Source: a virus (Duplodnaviria > Caudoviricetes). From it: a DNA stretch of 56,682 bases. Position 1 is the stretch's first letter. The number at the start of each line of letters is the position of its first letter. The notes beneath the pieces were generated by a model that was not told the origin of the DNA, ran no database searches, and saw nothing but the letters and a program-made list of their open reading frames with translations. The stretch spans positions 1 to 56,682 of the IMG/VR virus record IMGVR_UViG_3300022929_000030, one strand, 5' to 3'. The position numbers were made by a program, and so were the translations under genes. This document shows positions 53,741-56,682 of the stretch, piece by piece.

Positions 53741-54033
53741 GTTATTGTCACCGTTACTGTGCCTACACCGCCCGTGGCCTGCGAACCGCGAACATAGGGA
53801 GAATGTGCTAGGGGTACTCTAACATATCCATCATGGTTAAAGATAGCCCCCGGCTCTAATCCACTGTCATCCGTCTGTAAATTAGTAAATACCGCAAAAG
53901 TATTGCGTCCCTCCCCGGGGTTTTGCATCTGTTCCAAATACACCGCAAATGAACGTACAACCTCCGCAAGATACTGCTGGTCATACTCCGTTGGAGCAAT
54001 TGGAAAGAAGGGAAGAACAAGGTTTCGGGACAT
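53737..54033 (-). CDS. Conserved tail-associated protein
   Basis: True start 54033 (MSRNLVLPFFPIAPTEYDQQY); TAATG overlap. Confidence 0.7.
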   Translation of the reverse strand: MSRNLVLPFFPIAPTEYDQQYLAEVVRSFAVYLEQMQNPGEGRNTFAVFTNLQTDDSGLEPGAIFNHDGYVRVPLAHSPYVRGSQATGGVGTVTVTIT

Positions 54034-56147
54034 TAACGCATCCCGTCTGGTTGAACGTCCACACGCGGCGACCCAAGGCGCCATGTTGTGCCGGCGTCCG
54101 ACGTTTCAATCTTAAAAGCAAACGACCTGCCGCGTAATCGCACGTTTACTTGTTCCGTAAACTGCTCTACCGGCACCGACGCCGTTTTCTCCACAATCTT
54201 AGCATTGCTTTGTAAATAATTGCCGCCCGGGTAATTACGCGCTTTCAACGTCATTGTAGCTTGCGGCGTTTGATTGGTGCTGTCTCGAAACGTTAAATCC
54301 GGTATCATACGGCGTAAAAAGGCAAACTGATCGCCCTCGCCCAAGTCCATCTGACTGCTTTCAATATACGCACTAATGCCGCTGGCCGGGTTGGTGCTGC
54401 CGTCATCAAAACCTTGTTCGTGGAAATACAGCACATGATCTGTGCCCGCGGCCACCGGCAAGTCTTCCACGCCACGATCAAGCCAAACCGTGCGGGCCAA
54501 CGTGCCATAATACCAAATCTGCTGTTGATAGTTGTACACCACATAACGGTCATTCTCACTGCTGGAAGCAGACGGATAAAACCACCAAACCTCTGAAAAC
54601 GCGGTGTTGGTAGACGCCGTAACCTTCTCAAGCTGGTCTGTGTTAATGTCGCTAAACACATAGTCCCGAACCGTACAGGGCAGCCGTTGCACCGCACCGC
54701 CATACACATAAAACTCTTCCGCACCCATCCAAAACACATTGTCTTCAACCGCAATCGCCGCTAACGGCCCCGCAATCGTAATGTTTTCAGACACCGTGTT
54801 AATACCAAACGTAAACGGCGGACCCAAAAACTGCATCGCATGTAGTGATACATCTGTATATACAAGAACCTGCTGGCGCGTTTCGATAGCAGTAATAATC
54901 TCGGACCCCGAGCCCAAACGCAAATCCCCGGCCGTATTTGTGGCCGTTGCCGCCCAATCGGTTAGAGATTCTTGGTCCGAAAACCTGATAAGCAACGGAT
55001 CCTGTACCCCCGGATTAGTCTGGCTATCACAACCAAACGCTATAATGTGCCTGTCACGGTCAGATACCAAAACCTTTTTGGCAATTGTGGGCGTCGTATT
55101 AGCCCCGGCTAACGAAGCAAGCTCCACGGCCCGCGTACTGACGCCGTTGCTTTTATCCCAGTAAAAAATATCCCCATCGCGCACGTTGATAAGTAAATCC
55201 TCACCAAAGTTATCATGCGACCAGATACGAAGGGTTTGTCCCGACGCAGACAACGACGCTGCACTGCCCCATGTTCCACGGCTCCACGTTCCCGCGCCCC
55301 AGCCAGTGCCAGTGATTGTGGTATCAAGGCCCGTGTTGATTTGATATGCGCCCACAACGCTTGAGCCACCATTGCCGCTATCGCTCGTAGACGCAAAAAC
55401 AAGCGTGTCATCTATTCCGCCCGAGGTAGTGATCGAAGAAATAGAAGCAACGGAGCGAACGTTTATGTAGTAGCTGTTGTCGTTTTTAACATAAACGACT
55501 TGGTATTCTTGGTTTAATATCTCCGCCGTAACAGCATCGCCTAACGTAGCTGCCCCTGAAAACGTAACAAAGTCGTTTTCTAAAGCACCGTGATCGGTGT
55601 CGGTCACAATAATCGTGGAGCAAGTAACTGCCGCGCTAGAGGAATGCGCCGCAGCCGTGGTGCTACGAATACCCCGCACACAACCCACTAGAGTATTGCT
55701 GGAGATATTGGCGTAGCTGATAATCTCTGTACCAATTTTAATAATACCGGAATCCGGAAATCCGCTCGCGCTTGTAAGCGGGATATTATCGTCAATGGCA
55801 CTAATGCCCGCAGACAACGTATTGGCCGAGGCCGAAAACGTTACGTCCCCCGCAGCCGTAGTTGCACGAATAGGCGTAATGTCGTTATACCCGCCGCCCT
55901 CGTTAATGTAATACTTTAAGTGCGTACCTACACCCAAGTACCGTTCGCCGTTTAGCGCGACCCATGGGTGCAACGCACGGCATGTACCTAAAAAGTAGGT
56001 GGAAGAACTGGGCTCCCACCCACCTATTTTTTCTGGAAAGCCAAAACGAAACCTGACCTTATCCATATCAAACCAACCGCCCTCATTAGAGTACGATGTG
56101 GTTTCCCTGTTTATTCCGGGTCGGAACTGGAGTTTGGTCAGTGGCAT
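54033..56147 (-). CDS. Tail nozzle / stabilisation protein (tubular B or P22 gp10-like)
   Basis: 704 aa MPLTKLQFRPGINRE...VRFRFGFPEKIGGW...IRFSDQE...EVWWFYPS...DGMR; beta-rich. Confidence 0.7.
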   Translation of the reverse strand: MPLTKLQFRPGINRETTSYSNEGGWFDMDKVRFRFGFPEKIGGWEPSSSTYFLGTCRALHPWVALNGERYLGVGTHLKYYINEGGGYNDITPIRATTAAGDVTFSASANTLSAGISAIDDNIPLTSASGFPDSGIIKIGTEIISYANISSNTLVGCVRGIRSTTAAAHSSSAAVTCSTIIVTDTDHGALENDFVTFSGAATLGDAVTAEILNQEYQVVYVKNDNSYYINVRSVASISSITTSGGIDDTLVFASTSDSGNGGSSVVGAYQINTGLDTTITGTGWGAGTWSRGTWGSAASLSASGQTLRIWSHDNFGEDLLINVRDGDIFYWDKSNGVSTRAVELASLAGANTTPTIAKKVLVSDRDRHIIAFGCDSQTNPGVQDPLLIRFSDQESLTDWAATATNTAGDLRLGSGSEIITAIETRQQVLVYTDVSLHAMQFLGPPFTFGINTVSENITIAGPLAAIAVEDNVFWMGAEEFYVYGGAVQRLPCTVRDYVFSDINTDQLEKVTASTNTAFSEVWWFYPSASSSENDRYVVYNYQQQIWYYGTLARTVWLDRGVEDLPVAAGTDHVLYFHEQGFDDGSTNPASGISAYIESSQMDLGEGDQFAFLRRMIPDLTFRDSTNQTPQATMTLKARNYPGGNYLQSNAKIVEKTASVPVEQFTEQVNVRLRGRSFAFKIETSDAGTTWRLGSPRVDVQPDGMR

Positions 56148-56156
56148 TTAGCACCC

Positions 56157-56390
56157 CTAGTTTACAACTTCCGCCTCTTCGACTTCCTCTGGATTTTCCA
56201 AAGCGTCAGCCAAGAGTTCAACAAACTTCTGACGGCCTACCGCAAGCTGGTCCAAGTTAAACTGAGCGTTATCCATTTTACGCCCTAGATCGTTTACATG
56301 GTTTAGCATTGCTTTTTGTTTATCCGTCATGTCTTCGACAAAGTATTCTATGTCGTTGACTGTAATCGGGGTCTTTTCATTTTTTCCCAT
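56157..56390 (-). CDS. Small tail-associated protein
   Basis: 77 aa, AGGAG RBS. Confidence 0.7.
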   Translation of the reverse strand: MGKNEKTPITVNDIEYFVEDMTDKQKAMLNHVNDLGRKMDNAQFNLDQLAVGRQKFVELLADALENPEEVEEAEVVN

Positions 56391-56413
56391 TACGAGTCTC
56401 CTATGTTAAAGTT

Positions 56414-56635
56414 TTACGAGTTAGCTGCAATAGCTGCATTGGCAGCAGTCATATCTTCTGTAGTCCAGAAGTCTTTAGCAACCATTAGCTGTAGATGCTC
56501 TACGTTGCGTGACACAGTGTCAGCCCATTCAGCATCTTCCATGTCCTCTGGTTTGCCAGCGTTTAGCAAGTCAACAGAGTGACCCATTGCTGTGTAGTGT
56601 TGTGCGATTTCTTCCGCAGTTGGTGTATCAGTCAT
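56414..56635 (-). CDS. Small tail-fibre-associated protein
   Basis: 73 aa EEIAQHY...RNVEHL...WTTEDMT; AGGAG RBS. Confidence 0.7.
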   Translation of the reverse strand: MTDTPTAEEIAQHYTAMGHSVDLLNAGKPEDMEDAEWADTVSRNVEHLQLMVAKDFWTTEDMTAANAAIAANS

Positions 56636-56659
56636 GTCTTTCTCCTTTTCTGACTAATG

Positions 56660-56682
56660 TTATGCGTTTTCTAGGGCAGTTA
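56660..56682 (-). CDS. 3' end of an upstream gene, probably the tail fibre begun at 1770
   Basis: Reads ...TALENA* (TAA at 56662-56660), typical of the coiled-coil end of fibre chaperone domains. Confidence 0.55.

Overview
This window is a near-complete, circularly permuted genome of a tailed dsDNA phage. Its gene content resembles marine podovirus-like phages of the uvMED / HTVC023P / roseophage type; this placement is from recall, not a database search. The sequence break falls inside the tail-fibre gene: the N-terminal part is at 1-1770 and a probable C-terminal end is at 56660-56682. Most genes are on the minus strand: tail, adaptor, capsid, scaffold, GroES, lysis, portal, internal virion proteins, TerL, an early-gene cassette region, TerS, and a replication block (family A DNA polymerase, UvrD-like helicase, AEP primase, SSB). 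A plus-strand block holds regulators (sigma-4 HTH, GcrA, XRE), and an SNF2 helicase is also on the plus strand. GcrA and other motifs point to an alphaproteobacterial host. I recognised no integrase, RNA polymerase, tRNA or CRISPR array. The standout finding is an operon of an ATP-grasp ligase (32989-33750) and a 488-aa protein carrying four exact TTxxxxEE cores (31513-32979). This is the signature of a plesiocin-type graspetide (omega-ester RiPP) system, here encoded by a phage and built into a large dockerin-like / low-complexity protein. Other notable observations are: an HlyC-type acyltransferase plus GNAT plus Gly/Asp-repeat protein module; a recurrent hydrophobic-x-x-G-G-x-V motif marking domain boundaries in virion proteins; a perfect chromosomal parS site; three promoter-terminator-RBS repeat cassettes; a gcrA gene flanked by 24-bp direct repeats; and a 38-bp perfect palindrome.
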